Source: an uncultured delta proteobacterium
GTDB lineage: Bacteria; Myxococcota_A; Polyangia; Fen-1088
Assembly (NCBI GenBank): GCA_963755125.1
Contig: CAVWIP010000015.1
Location: 96,001 to 160,000, forward strand
Direction: 5' to 3'
DNA length: 64,000 nt
In this document: positions 1 to 10,047 of the stretch, in pieces
Layout of the letters: the number at the start of each line of letters is the position of its first letter
How positions within the stretch are numbered: position 1 is the stretch's first letter
Position numbers and translations under genes: made by a program
Notes under the pieces: generated by a model
What the model saw: only the letters and a program-made list of their open reading frames with translations
The model's database searches: none
What the model was told of the DNA's origin: nothing

Positions 1-429
1 GACAGCCGGCGGAATTGCGGCAGGGGCCGCTGCGGGCAGGGTTCCCGGTGGCGGTGCGGTTTGCGCGTTCTTCATCTCGGCCACCAGCTTCTCGAGTTCC
101 GGAATTCGCTTCTCGACTTGGCTCCGGTTGGCGGCGTCGGCAGGCGCCGTGCGCAGATAAGATCGATAGGCGGTGATCGCGCGGTCCGGTTTGCCCGCCA
201 GCCGGTAAGCCTGACCGATATTGAAGAGCAGGGCGGGATCTGGCACCTGGCGATAGGCTTCCTCGTAGTGGCGGGCGGCGTCGTCGTAGTAGCCGAGGTT
301 GTAGGCTGCTGTGCCGGCCGCCACCTCGGCGCGCGCGGCTTCCTCCTTCGGGCCCGCCAGGGCTGGCAAGCTGCCAAGAAGAACCAGCAAAACAAGTCCG
401 ACGCGGATTCTGGACCATTGAACAGCCAT
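1..429 (-). CDS. Secreted TPR-repeat protein (3' end outside window)
   Basis: Not in ORF track. Manual translation from ATG at 429 (AGGAGG upstream) gives MAVQWSRIRVGLVLLVLLGSLPALA-GPKEEAARAEVAAGTAAYNLGYYDDAARHYEEAYRQVPDPALLFNIGQAYRLAG: signal peptide plus TPR helices. Confidence 0.85.
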   Translation of the reverse strand, partial: MAVQWSRIRVGLVLLVLLGSLPALAGPKEEAARAEVAAGTAAYNLGYYDDAARHYEEAYRQVPDPALLFNIGQAYRLAGKPDRAITAYRSYLRTAPADAANRSQVEKRIPELEKLVAEMKNAQTAPPPGTLPAAAPAAIPPAV

Positions 430-506
430 CAAAGCCTCCTGCTACAAGATAGCAGCGATTCTCGCCCCGCAGGTGGCCGCCAGTCAAACCAGCCTAGTCG
501 CGTGGG

Positions 507-1082
507 TCAATGCCCAGTCTGGTCCAAATACTTGTCGGTTTCCTGGCGCTGGAAGTGCTCCATCTGCGCCTTCTCGATGCCGCGGATGATCTGCTGGGCC
601 GGGCCCGCAGTTCTCTGGAAGGGGCAGAAGTCGGCTGAGCGGAACGTGATCTCCTGGCGCACGACCTCGTTCGGGTGCTTCTGTAGTTGCAGGCCGAAAC
701 ACATGATCTCGCCGTCGTCGCCGAAGCGGCCAGTGGCGAGAATCTCCACACATTCGAAGATGGTCTTGAGCGGACAGGGCCGGGCTTCGTAACGCTCGTG
801 GACTAGCCCGTCGCGCCCGGGACGCAGCGGAATGTTTCTTCCCTGGACGCTGACCGAAGCAACCGCCGCCGGGTGGTCCCAGGGCTGCGGGCCAGGCACG
901 GGCCCGAAGGTCAGAAAGCGGGCGTTGACCGAAAGACCCAGCCCGGATTTCACGATGTCGATGAAGCCGTCCAGGTTGGCGTCGACGTTACGCTGCGATG
1001 TGATCCCGTCGCCCAGTTGCCTACGGCATGAAATGAGCAGGCCAATGCAAAGGACGACACCGATGGGGCGAGAGAATCGCAT
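507..1082 (-). CDS. Hypothetical lipoprotein
   Basis: MRFSRPIGVVLCIGLLISC lipobox-like N-terminus; GAGGA upstream. Confidence 0.6.
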   Translation of the reverse strand: MRFSRPIGVVLCIGLLISCRRQLGDGITSQRNVDANLDGFIDIVKSGLGLSVNARFLTFGPVPGPQPWDHPAAVASVSVQGRNIPLRPGRDGLVHERYEARPCPLKTIFECVEILATGRFGDDGEIMCFGLQLQKHPNEVVRQEITFRSADFCPFQRTAGPAQQIIRGIEKAQMEHFQRQETDKYLDQTGH

Positions 1083-1297
1083 GCTTCTATCCTCGCGCGG
1101 GTCGAGACGCGGTTCAAGCGCGGCGAACACCCGACAACCTGGCCCCGGAATCGGAACGAGCCCATATTTGACCCCCATGAACGTCAGCGGGCTCTACAAC
1201 TGGCGCGTCTTTCATCATCCGCTTGCCACTGGCCAGCGACGATGCGCGCGTGAGCTGACCATCTGCTGTTCGCGGCTGTTCAGCCAGCGCCCGGCCG

Positions 1298-1636
1298 TCA
1301 GAATTCGACGTGGAACCTGCACGCGACGAACTTCGCAGGTCCACGATCTTTGTTGTAGGCGGGGTTCACAACATACTGCCCGTCGAGCGAAAACCACATC
1401 CCGCTGAAGACCCTCGCTGCGTAGAACGCCTCGGCAATCTGCTCAATACCGTAGCTGAGCCTTCCGTCGCCGATGAAGAAGCCCAGACCTCCCGCCGCCA
1501 GATAGTCGCGGTGAGCGGCCGAGAGACCGTTGAGCCGCGAAAGCCTGTGAATCGTCTTGCTGATCCAGAAGGAAGGCGATCCCCAATCGTACGGAATGGG
1601 CTGGGGCAAAGAAGGGGGTTGGGACGCATTCGTCAT
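1298..1636 (-). pseudogene. C-terminal remnant of an OprB/carbohydrate-porin family gene joined to an unrelated N-terminus
   Basis: NGLSAAHRDYLAAGGLGFFIGDGRLSYG...DGQYVVNPAYNKDRGP...RFHVEF is the typical porin C-terminus with terminal Phe, but only ~78 aa of it is present and there is no signal peptide. Confidence 0.7.
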
Positions 1637-2451
1637 GGCGCGCCTCGCTTGCCAAGTCGCAACAGGTCGGCGCGCGCGCCAAGCGCAATCAGGCCGAAGC
1701 CATGATTGGCTGATGGCACACCCTCGCCCTACTGGCCTAGGCTGCAAAGATGGATGTTGCTGGTACTCGGGGGTTCCATTTCTTTCCTGCCGTCCCGAAG
1801 GCCGGCCGCCGTCCGATTCTCGGGACGGTCTCGCTGACTTCCTCGATTTGCAGAATCACGTCAGTTCGGGTCGGTTCGCTCTGCCTTCTTCTTCCTCCTC
1901 TTCTGCGCGGCGTTTGCTGTCGGAGATCTCGCTACATTGATCAACTGCGCGAGACGGCGGCCAAGGTGCCGCACATGACCGGAAATGCGCACGGAAACCG
2001 GGCCATCGAACGGAGCGATGCTAGCGTGTGCGCATTAAGGGCCGCATGGCTGAACCGGATGATTGGCTGATATCCGACAGGCAACCCAGCGTGGTTGGCG
2101 AGTGCAAGAGAGCGCGCGGATTCTGTAGCAACCGTCGCACCGGGTGCGCCAGAAGGTGGTCCAGCCACCAAGGATGAAGTCGATTCGCCATCGGCTGCTC
2201 CCAATATCATGCAGGCATCACGTCTGCTATTCAGTTTCGGGCCTGCCGGCAAGGTGGTCCCCGTCGCGAGGAATGTTTGCCGCCGTGCGGAGCGGCCGAC
2301 ACGGAGGGCGCGGAACGCCGCCGCGTTTTGTCCCGTTTCGAGCCGCAAGTGACCATTTGAGGCACCCTGAGCAGTCGCTACAGAAGAACTCGATCCGTGA
2401 TAGGTCGCGACCTCCCACCGAATTCGCCAGATGTGCCTGCGCTCGGGGCAA

Positions 2452-2467
2452 CGGCGCGCGACTTGCA
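2452..2467 (+). promoter_or_regulatory. Putative sigma-54 (-24/-12) promoter of the pilin gene
   Basis: CGGCGCG-CGAC-TTGCA with exact GG-N10-GC spacing, about 24 nt before the pilin ATG; type IV pilin genes are commonly RpoN-dependent. Confidence 0.6.
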
Positions 2468-2490
2468 TGGACTAGAGAAAGGACGCCGCG

Positions 2491-3048
2491 ATGCCACACC
2501 CGAAATTGCGCACGAACCGGAACCGCAGCGGCTTCACCCTGGTGGAACTCATGATCGTTGTGGCCATCATCGGCATTCTGTCTGCGGTTGCCGTTCCCGC
2601 CTTCAGCCGATATGTCAAGAAGGCTCGCACTGCCGAAGCCGTGGGCCACTTGAACAAGCAGTGGGCAGGCGCATTGACCTACTTTGTGACGGACTACATA
2701 ACGCCGGGAGGCATACCGCTGCCCAGGCAGTTCCCAGGGCCCAACGCGACTTGGGCCAGTTCCAGCGAGTGTGCGTGCCAGACCGGCCAGCGCTGTCCCG
2801 GCAACAACCCGATATGGGCAAGCGACGGGGTATGGCTGGCCTTGAAGTTCTCTCTGCCCGACGCCCACCAGTACATGCCGGGATTCACCGGGTCCGACGG
2901 CGGCACCAACTCCCAATTTACCGCCTATGCTAAGGGCGATCTGGATTGCGACAGCACGCTTGCCGAGTTCATTCGCAGTGGAAGGGTTGGCTCGGAAGGA
3001 GACCCCGTCGGCAACTTCCAGCCGTACGTAGTCAACGAACTGGAGTAG
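2491..3048 (+). CDS. Type IV pilin (PilA-like prepilin)
   Basis: Basic leader then [17 protein letters not shown] prepilin cleavage/methylation motif; C-terminal GDLDCD motif. Confidence 0.9.
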   Translation: MPHPKLRTNRNRSGFTLVELMIVVAIIGILSAVAVPAFSRYVKKARTAEAVGHLNKQWAGALTYFVTDYITPGGIPLPRQFPGPNATWASSSECACQTGQRCPGNNPIWASDGVWLALKFSLPDAHQYMPGFTGSDGGTNSQFTAYAKGDLDCDSTLAEFIRSGRVGSEGDPVGNFQPYVVNELE

Positions 3049-3077
3049 CGCGGGGAATGGCTCCGGGCGGCGGGCGG

Positions 3078-6000
3078 TCAAACCTGCGGATCGGGCTGTG
3101 GTCGTTCGCGGAAAGCCAGCGAAAGCAACGCGGGCTGTAGCAGGCGTGGCAGGATCACCAGCGCTACAGCTCCGCCGATGACCACGATGGCCAGCGGTTT
3201 CTGGGTTTCCGAACCGATGCTACGCGAGACCGCGGCGGGCAGCAGGCCCAGCATGGCCACCCAGGTGGACATCAGGATGGGGCGCAGTCGGCGCTGGGCT
3301 GCCTGGCGGGCCGCGCTTGCCGCCGACTCTCCGCGGCTGCGCAATTGCCGGGCGTAGGTGACCACCAGCAGCCCGTCCTGAATGGAAATCCCTAGAATTG
3401 AGATGAAACCCACGGCTGCCGAGATAGAGAAGTCAGAGCCGGTGAGGAAGAGGGCCACCACGCCTCCACTGGCAGCCACGGGCGCCCCCAGCAACACGAT
3501 GAGGGTGTCGCGCGCATTCTTGACCGAGCCGTAGACCAGGAAGGTGATCATGAGCAGCGTCACCGGGATGATGATCAGCAAGCGCGCCGTGGTCTCGCGC
3601 AACTGGTTGATCTCGCCACCCCATTCCAGGTGCGTGTCGTAAGGCAGCTTGACGTGCTCGGCGATCTTGGCCTGCGCCTCGGCTATGGTCGAGCCCAGGT
3701 CGCGCCCGCGCACCGAGAACTTCACCGGCACATAGCGCCGCAGACCTTCGCGGAAGATGACCGACGGGCTGTTCTCTTCGACCACGTCAGCCAGTTGCCC
3801 GAGCGGCACCTGGGCCCCATCAGGCGCCGCGACCAGAATGGCCCGGATGGCGCGCAGATCGCGCCGGTACGGCTCGGCCCAGCGCACGGTGAGATCGAAG
3901 TGCTTTTCGCCCTCGTAGACCTGGGTGATGGCCAGCCCACCGATGGCCGCCTGGATGACCGCCGCCACATCGCCCGTGTTGAGGCCGTAGCGACCGGCCG
4001 CCGTGCGCGAAGGGGTGATGCGAATCGCGGGTTGGCCGAGCGAGCGGAAGATACCGAGATCCGCCACACCCCGGATGTCCTTCATGGCGGCAACGATCTC
4101 GCCCGCCTTGTTCTCGTCGACCCGCAGATCTGGCCCTACCACCTTGACCGTGTTCTCGCCCTTGACGCCCGACATGGCCTCTTCCACGTTGTCGGAGATG
4201 ACCTGCGAGAAGTTGAACACCACACCGGGAAAGGCGCGGGCCAGGTCGCGCTGCATCTCCTCGGTGAGTGACGCCTTGGTCACGCCCTTGCGCCATTCGG
4301 AACTGGGACGCAGGGGTGCCAGAAGTTCGATGTTCTGAAAGCCGGACACGTCGGTACCGTCGTCGGGCCGTCCCAGTTGTGAGATGACGCTTTGAACTTC
4401 GGGCCGGCTTCGCTTGTTGGAGGGACAGTCACTCGGATCGTCGCCCGGACAGCCGAGCACGATGGCGCGGATGTGGCCCACGTAGCGGGCCGATTGTTCC
4501 AGGGAGATCGAGGTGGGCAAGGTGGCGCGGATCCAGAAGTTTCCTTCTTCCAGCTTGGGCATGAACTCGCGGCCCAGGATGCCGGCCGCAGCCAGTGCCA
4601 CCACCACTGGCCCCACGCCCAGCAGCACGGCCCAGCGGGGTCGTTGCAGGGCGAAGGAGAAGAGCCGCGCATAGAACCCGTGTACGACTCGCATGAAACG
4701 CGTGTCCTTTTCCTCTTCGTCCTGGGTCACCGATGTGGGCATGAGCCGCGACGCGAGGGCCGGGGTGAGGGTCAGCGCGAGCAGGATGGCGCCACCGATG
4801 GCAAAGGCATAGGTGTGCGCCATGGGCGCCATGATCACGCCGGCCACCCCGGTCAGGGTGAAGAGCGGCACGAAGGCCACCGCGATGATCAGGGTCGAGG
4901 AGAATACCGGCGGCCCGACCTCGCGCGCTGCGCTGGTGATGCGCTCGAAGACTGAGCCACCTTTTCGCGCAAAGTTGCGGAAGATGCTCTCCATCATGAT
5001 CACGGATGAGTCGACCACGATGCCGAAGTCCACCGCGCCGAGAGAGATGAGGTTGGCCTGCGTGCCGGTGGACACCATTCCAAAGAACGCGAAGAGCAGG
5101 GCGAGTGGCAGATTGAGCGCAACCAGCAGAGCCGCCCGCAAATTTCCCAGGAAGAGCCAGAGCACCAGCGAGACCAGCAGCATGCCGGTGATGAGATTTT
5201 CCATCACGGTGTGGGTGGTCAGCTTGACCAGGTCGGCCCGGTCGTAGAGGGTTTCGATGTCCATGCCAGGCGGCAGAACCCGGTTCTGGCGGATGTAATC
5301 GACCCGATCGTGAATGCCCTTGACGGTGGAGAGCGAGTCGCCCCCGTAGCGCATGAGCACGATGCCTTCCACGATGTCGGGCTCGCCGTCGCGGCCCACA
5401 ACCCCCAGGCGAGGGGCCGCGCCCACACTGACTGCAGCCACGTCCCGCACGCGAACCGGCACGCCCTTTTGCGCGGCGACGGCAATCTGCTCGATGTCAC
5501 GAACCGAACGGATGAGCCCGATGCCGCGCACGTCGAAGGATTGCTCGCCCAGGGTGAGGCGCTGTCCGCCCACGTTCTGGTTGGCGTTGGTGATGGCGGC
5601 TTGCAACTGCGCCAGGCTGACGTTGAGTCCGCGAAGACGGTAAGGATCCACGTCCACGTGGTACTGTTTGGTCAGGCCGCCGAATCCCACCACGTCGATC
5701 ACGCCCGGCACCTGGCGGAACTGCTTTTCCAGGATCCAGTCCTCGGCGGTCTTGAGGTCAGCCGCGGTGTAGTCCTTGCCCACCACCTTGTAGCGATACA
5801 ACTCGCCAATGGCACTCCAGGGCGAGAGCTGCGGCTGCACCCCGGCTGGCAAATTGACGAAATTGAGTTGATTGAGCACACGTTGCTGAGCCGTGGCGTA
5901 GCTGGTGTCCCAGCCAAAGTAGAACTTCACGTCGGCCAGCCCGAAGAGTGACTGCGAGCGCACGTGTTCCAGCCCTGGCATGCCCACCAGCCCGGTCTCC

Positions 6001-6206
6001 AGCGGCAAGGTCACGTAGCGCTCGACCTCCTCGGCGCTCCAGCCTTGCGGCTGCGCGATGATCTCGATCATGGGCGCCACCGGGTTGGGATAGGCCTCGA
6101 TGTCGAGTTGCGTGTACGAGCGAATGCCGATGGCCACCAGCGCCAGGGCGGCCATGAAGACCAGGAAAGGCGCGCGGACAGCGGCCGAAACCAGTCGCTC
6201 AATCAT
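3078..6206 (-). CDS. CusA/CzcA family heavy-metal efflux RND permease
   Basis: 1042 aa; ANLISLGAVDFGIVVDSSVIMME HME-RND motif; RLRPILM; GSETQKPLAIVVIGG. Confidence 0.93.
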   Translation of the reverse strand: MIERLVSAAVRAPFLVFMAALALVAIGIRSYTQLDIEAYPNPVAPMIEIIAQPQGWSAEEVERYVTLPLETGLVGMPGLEHVRSQSLFGLADVKFYFGWDTSYATAQQRVLNQLNFVNLPAGVQPQLSPWSAIGELYRYKVVGKDYTAADLKTAEDWILEKQFRQVPGVIDVVGFGGLTKQYHVDVDPYRLRGLNVSLAQLQAAITNANQNVGGQRLTLGEQSFDVRGIGLIRSVRDIEQIAVAAQKGVPVRVRDVAAVSVGAAPRLGVVGRDGEPDIVEGIVLMRYGGDSLSTVKGIHDRVDYIRQNRVLPPGMDIETLYDRADLVKLTTHTVMENLITGMLLVSLVLWLFLGNLRAALLVALNLPLALLFAFFGMVSTGTQANLISLGAVDFGIVVDSSVIMMESIFRNFARKGGSVFERITSAAREVGPPVFSSTLIIAVAFVPLFTLTGVAGVIMAPMAHTYAFAIGGAILLALTLTPALASRLMPTSVTQDEEEKDTRFMRVVHGFYARLFSFALQRPRWAVLLGVGPVVVALAAAGILGREFMPKLEEGNFWIRATLPTSISLEQSARYVGHIRAIVLGCPGDDPSDCPSNKRSRPEVQSVISQLGRPDDGTDVSGFQNIELLAPLRPSSEWRKGVTKASLTEEMQRDLARAFPGVVFNFSQVISDNVEEAMSGVKGENTVKVVGPDLRVDENKAGEIVAAMKDIRGVADLGIFRSLGQPAIRITPSRTAAGRYGLNTGDVAAVIQAAIGGLAITQVYEGEKHFDLTVRWAEPYRRDLRAIRAILVAAPDGAQVPLGQLADVVEENSPSVIFREGLRRYVPVKFSVRGRDLGSTIAEAQAKIAEHVKLPYDTHLEWGGEINQLRETTARLLIIIPVTLLMITFLVYGSVKNARDTLIVLLGAPVAASGGVVALFLTGSDFSISAAVGFISILGISIQDGLLVVTYARQLRSRGESAASAARQAAQRRLRPILMSTWVAMLGLLPAAVSRSIGSETQKPLAIVVIGGAVALVILPRLLQPALLSLAFRERPQPDPQV

Positions 6207-6208
6207 CG

Positions 6209-7351
6209 CTACAACATCCCGGAAAGCAGAATGGCGCCCGAGACCACGATGCGCTCACCCTTGGCCAGGTTGCGCAGTACCGGCAAGAACTCGTTGCCCA
6301 TCTCTTCGTTGACCACCACGGGCCGGCGCTCGAAGCGCAGGCGGCCATCCGGCGTCTTGCCCACCTCGACGAAGACCACCGTCTGATCGCCGAGGCGCAG
6401 GAGTGCGCCGCGCGGGATGGCAAGTGCGACCTGGCGATCCACGGGCAGGGTCACGGTGGCATACATTTCGGGCTTCAGTGCACGGTCGGAATTCACGATC
6501 TTGCAGCGGACTTTCGAGGTGTGGGTCGCGGGATCGAGCGTGTCGGAGACCCAGTCGGCCAACCCACGGAAGACGCGGCCGGGATAGGACACGACGGTGG
6601 CCAGACAGGCCGTGCCCGCCTTCACCCGGCCAAGATCCATCTCGAAAATGTCGCCCAGGACCCACACGCTGTCCAGTTCGCCCACCGTGAAAAGCTCGAG
6701 CACGGTGCCACCCGTGTACTGACCTTGCACCTCGGCGCCGGGGTTCACGTTGCGGGCGATGACCTCGCCGTCGATGGGGGTGTGCAAGGTGTACATCTGG
6801 TTGGACCTGTCGGAGGAACTTCCGCGCAGGATGCGGGTCTTCTTCCTGGCTCGATCCAGCTCGGCCCTGGCCTTGCTGAAGTTGGATTGCGCGCCCTCAA
6901 AATCGCGTTGCGATCCAGCGTGGAGGTCGAACAGCTCCTTCTGGCGGTTGGCTTCCTTCTCGGCGGCACCAAAATCTGCTTGCGCCTTGGCCAGGTCGGA
7001 GAACGCCGTCGCCACGTCGGGAGACTCGATTACCGCCAGGGCATCACCCTTCTTCACTCTTTGGCCGGGCTGAGCCTCGATCTTGACCACCCGGCCGGTC
7101 ACCGGCGACAGCACGTGCGCCACGTGCAGATCGTCGAAGGTCACGCGGCCACTGGCCACCACCACACCGCCCACGGGCTGCGGTTCGAGCGGCTCGACCA
7201 CAAGCTTGGCTGCTGTCGCCTGTTCGGGCGCCAGCCATACCTCGGTGGTCGGCGGCGCGGCTGATGGCTTGGCCTCGCGCCTGTGACAGCCGGGCCCGAT
7301 GACCACGACCAGGCAGACAGCAATGACGGAAGTGACTCGTGTGTGGTTCAT
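6209..7351 (-). CDS. RND periplasmic adaptor (CzcB-like MFP)
   Basis: Lipoprotein N-terminus, SPVTGRV lipoyl halves, LKPEMYA motif; operonic with the RND permease. Confidence 0.9.
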   Translation of the reverse strand: MNHTRVTSVIAVCLVVVIGPGCHRREAKPSAAPPTTEVWLAPEQATAAKLVVEPLEPQPVGGVVVASGRVTFDDLHVAHVLSPVTGRVVKIEAQPGQRVKKGDALAVIESPDVATAFSDLAKAQADFGAAEKEANRQKELFDLHAGSQRDFEGAQSNFSKARAELDRARKKTRILRGSSSDRSNQMYTLHTPIDGEVIARNVNPGAEVQGQYTGGTVLELFTVGELDSVWVLGDIFEMDLGRVKAGTACLATVVSYPGRVFRGLADWVSDTLDPATHTSKVRCKIVNSDRALKPEMYATVTLPVDRQVALAIPRGALLRLGDQTVVFVEVGKTPDGRLRFERRPVVVNEEMGNEFLPVLRNLAKGERIVVSGAILLSGML

Positions 7352-8685
7352 GGCCCCAACTCCAGGCCCACGGCTTCCCCTATGAGCACGACCGCCAGCC
7401 AGTAGTCGGCGAGATCGCGCAGGTAGCCTTGGGTGGTTTCTATGAGCATCCGCTGCGCGTCCAGGTATTCGAGTAGCGACGCGGCGCCTTTTTCGTACTG
7501 GACCTGGACCAGGTCGCGCGTGCGTCGCGCCCGGTCGAGCAGGCCGTTCTCGGCCCGTTCCACCCGGCGCTGGGTGGACTTGAACTGGGTCAGCGCGACG
7601 GTCACATCGTTCACGATCTGGGCCTCGGTCTTGGCAAGAAGGGTGTCCTGAATACGCAGATCGGCCTGGGCCTTCTGCACCTCGCCCTGGAAACGGTAGA
7701 AGAGGGGCGGGGTGAGCGTGAGTCCCAGCGAGACGGTGGGCGGTGAACTGACGTCGCTGCCGGCCCCTTGCCCGCTCAGATCGAGCGAGAGAGCCACGTC
7801 CGGGAAGCGTAGGCGTTTCGCTGATTGCACCGCGGTCCCCGCCCGGTCGTGTTGCAGGTGGGCTGCTGCCAGATCGGGACGCTGCTTGCGGGCCAGATCC
7901 AGCAATGACTCGACCGTGGCGCGGCCCAGTTCGGCAGGAACACGATAGCGCGGGAGATCGGCATCGACCTCGAAGTCTGGCACGCGCCCGCGCACGCCCA
8001 GCAGGAAGGCGAGCTGAAACTTGGCCTCAGCCAGGTCGAATTCAGCGCGTTCCACTTCCTGGTCAGCTTCCAGTTTCTCGGTCTCGACCTTGAGCGCGTC
8101 GACTTGCGAGATGGCGCCATGTTGAAAGCGGGCTTGATTCAGCTCCAACACGTGGCCGAGGCGGCTTTGCGACTCGAGCGTCAGATCGAGGGCATCACGC
8201 GCATATACGGCCTGCAGATACTGCTGGCGCAGCATGGATTCCAGGGTGCGCTGGGTGTCGGCGCGGCCCTGGCGCGCCACCGCCAGCGCCAGTTCCGCTG
8301 TGCGCGAGCGCAGACCCCGCTTGCCCGACAGGGTGTCGAAGAGAGCCGATTGGTCGGACACGCCCACGTCCCAGGCCAGTGCAGAGCAGCCGGGACAGGT
8401 TGCGCTGTTGAAGCCGAACGAGCGACCCACGCCGCCCGAAATGGCGGGATTGGGGATGGCTCCTGCCATCTGCGCGTCGCCGCGAACGCTATCCACCGTG
8501 GCATCCGCCACGATGAGGTCGAAGCCCCGTTCGCGGAACAGGCGCAAGGCATCGGCCATTGCCAGATGAGGTGGAAGCGAAGGCGACTCGGCCGTGGCGT
8601 CCGCCAGGCTGATAGCCGGGCCAAGCAGCACGACGGCCACAAGGGCGGCGGCGCTTCCCTTCAGGGAACGATAGAACACTGGCAT
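7348..8685 (-). CDS. TolC/CzcC family outer-membrane efflux protein
   Basis: RPDLAAA and YEKGAASLLEYLDAQR OEP motifs; 4-nt overlap with the MFP gene; start uncertain. Confidence 0.9.
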   Translation of the reverse strand: MPVFYRSLKGSAAALVAVVLLGPAISLADATAESPSLPPHLAMADALRLFRERGFDLIVADATVDSVRGDAQMAGAIPNPAISGGVGRSFGFNSATCPGCSALAWDVGVSDQSALFDTLSGKRGLRSRTAELALAVARQGRADTQRTLESMLRQQYLQAVYARDALDLTLESQSRLGHVLELNQARFQHGAISQVDALKVETEKLEADQEVERAEFDLAEAKFQLAFLLGVRGRVPDFEVDADLPRYRVPAELGRATVESLLDLARKQRPDLAAAHLQHDRAGTAVQSAKRLRFPDVALSLDLSGQGAGSDVSSPPTVSLGLTLTPPLFYRFQGEVQKAQADLRIQDTLLAKTEAQIVNDVTVALTQFKSTQRRVERAENGLLDRARRTRDLVQVQYEKGAASLLEYLDAQRMLIETTQGYLRDLADYWLAVVLIGEAVGLELGP

Positions 8686-8802
8686 GGGCACAGACAATGG
8701 GGGTGGGGGCGATAGCCGGAACTGCCTGTCGGGGTCGAACCCCGACCCGGCAACGTAGTGCATCTACCGCACCGACCCCGGACGTGCAACCGTGGGCGGG
8801 GG

Positions 8803-10047
8803 TTACGGAGACGGGCAAGCCGACCACGGATCCCAGGTGGACAGGAAAGGCGCGTCGTCGGAGTTGCTGATCAGCAAGGTGGTGCCGTTCTGGACCACGC
8901 GCGGTCCGGTGGAGGTCGTCAGGGCCGCCAGAACGGAGGTGGGCAGGGGGCTGTCGAGTTCGATGCGCCAGGTGACCGCGGTTTTCTCTGTCGACGGGTT
9001 GTAGTAGACGAAGATCAGGTCGTAGCGCCAGAGCAGGGAACTTGAAAGCGAGACGTCGGCGGGGATCTGCCAGCCCATGAGGTAGGCGAAGAAATAGACG
9101 GCGCCAAAACTGTCGAGGCCGTAGGGCGTGCCATCGCTCTGCTTGAATGCGGCCAGCACCGTGGGCTCACAGTCAATGTTCTTGCTCGACGGCGCCGCCA
9201 CGTTGGGGCCAAGCAGGTAATCCAGAGAGCGCTGCGGGGCCTTGCCATAGGCGTGACGGACATCCGTGTTGCCGCCCTTGTCCCAACTGTCGGACAGCCA
9301 GACGCCGCCGAGCGGGTAGACCAGCCAGGCGGCAGCGTAGAACGGCGGTCCCAGGCTGGCGAAATTGTCCTGCACGGTGGGGTCATCGGACAGGTTGTCC
9401 TGACGCCAGGCCGAGAAATACGCGAGCGGATCCCGGCTGGAGAAGGAATAGCCCGCCGGCAGGGGAACCTCATATTCGAACAAGCGCTGATAAAGCGACG
9501 CATCCCCTTCGATGATGGCCTTCTCGGCGAAGTACGCGTCGGTACTGTGCGGATGGAGGTTCAGGTTGATCTCGCGATCTTGCAGCGCATGGATCAGCTC
9601 GTGTGCGAGGTAGCTCATGTTCATGAACTGAGAGAGGGGATCCGCAGCCTGCTCGGGGTGAGAAATGACGGCTACGTCGTGTGTGGCGGGTGAATAGAAA
9701 GCCGCAGTGTTTTGTACCTGGTTGTCGATAGACGCCTGTTGCGAATCTCCGGTCGCTGGGACAAGACCCAGGAGCAACAGCGCCGCATCCCACCAGGGCT
9801 GGGGCGCTTGCTCGCTCGTCACCGCCGCCTGGTAATCGAGCTGCGCGCGGAACAGATCCTCGCTGATGGTGCGAATGGGCGGGATGCCGGCAAAGGGATC
9901 GTAGCCGTCACCGCGCAGGCGCAGATCGGCATAGTAGATGTCTTGCTGACAGTCGGACTGTGTGATGTCGCAGATCTTGAGATCCCGATCGTGGCAGCCG
10001 GCCAGCAAGGCCAGCGCGGCACATGCGAGGTACAAGATGCGCGTCAC
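8803..10047 (-). CDS. Lipoprotein, putative zinc metallopeptidase (gluzincin-like)
   Basis: LLAGC lipobox; AHELIHALQD (HExxH) and downstream IEGDA third-ligand motif. Confidence 0.7.
   Translation of the reverse strand: MTRILYLACAALALLAGCHDRDLKICDITQSDCQQDIYYADLRLRGDGYDPFAGIPPIRTISEDLFRAQLDYQAAVTSEQAPQPWWDAALLLLGLVPATGDSQQASIDNQVQNTAAFYSPATHDVAVISHPEQAADPLSQFMNMSYLAHELIHALQDREINLNLHPHSTDAYFAEKAIIEGDASLYQRLFEYEVPLPAGYSFSSRDPLAYFSAWRQDNLSDDPTVQDNFASLGPPFYAAAWLVYPLGGVWLSDSWDKGGNTDVRHAYGKAPQRSLDYLLGPNVAAPSSKNIDCEPTVLAAFKQSDGTPYGLDSFGAVYFFAYLMGWQIPADVSLSSSLLWRYDLIFVYYNPSTEKTAVTWRIELDSPLPTSVLAALTTSTGPRVVQNGTTLLISNSDDAPFLSTWDPWSACPSP

Noticed and set aside
1750..2468. Short ORFs in the region upstream of the pilin
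   Set aside because: No recognisable motifs or RBS and they overlap each other; treated as non-coding or decayed.
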